DNA from: Rozella allomycis CSF55
Taxonomy: Eukaryota
Direction: 5' to 3'
Length of the DNA stretch: 48,551 bases
NCBI GenBank assembly: GCA_000442015.1
Contig: KE560862.1
Coordinates: forward strand, 1 to 48,551
The notes under the pieces: generated by a model
Seen by the model: only the letters and a program-made list of their open reading frames with translations
Database searches by the model: none
Told to the model about the DNA's origin: nothing
Program-made: the position numbers and the translations under genes
Shown: one piece after another, positions 45,673 through 48,551 of the stretch
Layout of the letters: each line of letters begins with the position of its first letter
How positions within the stretch are numbered: position 1 is the first letter of the stretch

Positions 45673-48551
45673 AGCTGGCTGGTCTCTTTATGATTCTCAT
45701 TGAAGTTCTATGTCTCTAAAATGCTTCCCTTGGCAATCCGTTCGTTAATGCATCCGCTGTCATATCCTTAGTGCTCAAGTATTCTAAATAAATTCTTCCT
45801 TTTTCTATCTTATCTCTTATGAAATGATATCTATTTTCTATATGTTTAATTTTTTACATTTGATTCGTAAGTGTGAGCTAATCTTATCGCACTCTGGTTA
45901 TCCTCATTAATCCTCACAGCTAGAGGTTTCCATCGTCTTGGTATGTCCAATTCTTTGAGTAGTTTCATCATCCATAATCCTTCTTTGCTTGTATCCGCCA
46001 GTGCCACTTCTGCCGTGCTCAATGCGTTTGTCTTTTGTTTTCGTGTCTTTCAACTCACCAAATTTCCGTCAATAAATATTAAATATCCTGTTGAACTTTT
46101 TCTTGTATCTTTGTCTGTTGCCCAATCAGCATCACTGAACCCTTCCACTTGTATTCTTCCTTTTTTCACACTTGCTGCGCCATCTTCACACTTGTATGTG
46201 AGACAAAAATCCTTAGTTTCCTTTAAATATCTCATAATCCGCTTGACTAATTTCCAATGTTGTTCCCCAGGATTTTCCACGAATCTGCTTGCCATATTCA
46301 CAGCGCGGCTAATGTCCGGTCGTGTCATTGCTTGAATCCATTGAAGGTTCCCTATTGCCTCCCGATATGGTATATGTTTCATTCTTAACTTCTCATCTTC
46401 ACTTTGTGGGCTTTGCGATGTGCTGTAGTCGGCCCCACTTTCCATTGGTGTGGATATTCCTGCGCATTCTTCCATTCCAAATTTCTTCAAGGTATCTTCA
46501 ATAAATGTTTCTTGTGACAGTCTTATCTCTTTCTTTCCTTCATCTTGTTCAATGTTGATTCCTAAGCATCAATTCAATTTATCTTGTATTGAGAATTTAT
46601 GTATGCTTTCGTCTTACTCAGCATTTCTTCGCTGTTTGTTGCTAATATGATATCATCTACGTAAAGTGCCAATATCATCGTCCTATTTTTCTTTTCTTGG
46701 TGTATACGCAGTAGTATCTCTTGAATCCCGCCTTTTTCAAATCCTTGTCAATGCGCATGTTCCATTGTCGTCCGGCTTGTTTCAATCCATATAATGATTT
46801 TCTCAGCTTGCATACTTTCTCCGTATGGAGTATTTATATCCAATTTATAAAATCGTCTCAGATCCCTTTTCAGCGAAGTCTTCTGGTTGTTCCATGTAGA
46901 TCGTCTCACTAATCTTACCGTTGAGATACGCAGTTTCCACGTACAATTGGTGTAATGTATAATGTCTTGATGCTGCCAATGCAATGATCGCATTCACTGA
47001 TGTATGTTTTGCCACTGGTGCATATGTTTCAAAATAATCTCTCCCTTTCACCTGAGTGTGACCACGAAAGACCACACGACTCTTGTATTTCAACAATTTC
47101 CCATTCCCATCAAACTTCGTCACATTTACCCATCTGCATGTGTGCACTTTCTCACCTTCGGGTCTTTCAACTAACTCCCATGTTTCATGATCTTTCAAGG
47201 ACTTAATCTCTTTTTCCATGGCTTCATACCACTCTGCCGAATCATCAGTCAAAATCGCTTCTTTGTATGTGCTTGGATAGTTTTCCAAGGCCATTAATGC
47301 GGCCTCCTTTGGGTTTTCAAAGTAATTCTTTCTCGCGATGTTTCTTAGTCCACCATTCTCATAATTGCGCCAAGTTCCCATAATAACTTGACAATCTTCC
47401 TTACGTATTTCCCTCGCCTTGAATATATCTCTCCCTTTCGGTCTTGGGTTTGTGGCTTGGTGTGATCGCACGTCCTCGATAATCGTATTTTGCACTGGCA
47501 CTTGTCGTTGCACGTCATTTATAACCGTCTTTACGTCCTCTTTATTCAACTTTATTGTTTTCTCGTTTTGCTCGTTGGCCTTTCTCTCCCTTATTTTCGC
47601 TAAAGATTCCTTCAACCTCTCCAACTTCCTACTCGATTCTTCTTCAATTTCTTTTCGCATCATCTCCTTTAGTGTCTGTATCGAGCCTCCTTCTTTTCTT
47701 CCACTCATTCGTTCCACGATTCCATCAATCATTCTTTCGAATTCCACTTCTTCTGTCTCATCCTCATCTTCATCCTCATTCTCATCAATAAACCTAACAT
47801 ATGTTGTTGTTNCCCTCATCTTCATCATCATTCTCATTAATAAATCTAACATGTGTTGTTGTTTTTACTTTATTTGTCTTTCCGGACCATGGCCATAACC
47901 TACTAAGTAGTGTAATGCCGCCTTCCCGTCTAACTTGAATCTCTTGCTCTTGTCAATATGCACATAACAAGCGCTTCCAATCTCTCTCATATGACTCACA
48001 TCCGGTTTTGTACAGCTGTAGATTTCCTCTGGGGTTTTACCGCCCAAAACTTTAGTGGGTGTTCTATTCTGAATGTAACATGCAGTATTCGCCATCTCAC
48101 NCCGATAGTTGTCTGTTGCGCTGGCACTTGTCGTTGCACGTCATTTATAACTGTCTTTACGTCTTCTTTATTCACCTTTATTGTTTCCTCATTCTGCTCG
48201 TTGGCCTTTCTCTCCTCTATTTTTGCTAATGATTCCTTCAATCTTTCCAGCTTCCTACTCGATTCTTCTTCAATTTCTTTTTGCATCATCTCCTCTAGTG
48301 TCTCTATCGACCCTGCTTTCTCTCTTTCGCTCATTCGTTCCACAATTCCATCAATCATCCTTTCGAATTCCACTTCTTCTGCCTCGTCCTCATCTTCATC
48401 CTCAATCTTATCAATAAATCTAACATGTGTTGTTGTGTTCACTTTATGCGTCTTCCCGACGCGTACTCTGAACATTCTGTGGCCATGACCGTATCCTACT
48501 AAGTAATGAATTCTCCGCCTTCCCGTCTAACTTGGATCTCTTGCTCTTGTC
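45673..48551 (-). mobile_element. Degenerate Ty1/copia retrotransposon pol (integrase C-terminus, spacer, RT, RNase H), frameshifted and assembled as a mosaic of at least two copies
   Basis: TACYIQNRTP, KPDVSHMREIGS, YKSRVVFRG, LYGLKQAGRQW, LYVDDIIL, SDADWA, KHIENRYHFIR; related segments near 47480-47810 and 48102-48430. Confidence 0.92.

Overview
Gene-dense, AT-rich nuclear DNA from a compact eukaryote. It has flagellar genes (SAS-6, KIF9) plus fungal-type genes (GCR1_C protein, Rad7, Pho8, external NADH dehydrogenase), so it is most consistent with a zoosporic early-diverging fungus or cryptomycete such as Rozella (inference). I reconstructed about 28 protein genes by hand, one tRNA-Leu(TAA), a candidate structured ncRNA, and a terminal block of degenerate retroelements (a copia element with its 3' LTR abutting a LINE fragment). 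The main feature is the splicing system. About 86 hand-placed introns are all 25-32 nt (about 81 are 26-29 nt), nearly all start GTA, they have no consistent polypyrimidine tract or branch consensus, and they often skip nearer AGs. Three introns in conserved genes restore the frame only with non-AG acceptors (GT-TG twice, GT-GG once), which suggests length-measured 3' splice-site selection. Other points of interest are a bacterial-type NhaC antiporter, a divergent codanin-1 homolog, secreted ankyrin-like effector candidates, head-to-head ATGs only 27-38 nt apart, and haplotype-like overlaps at single-N joins. All gene models come from manual reading without RNA data.
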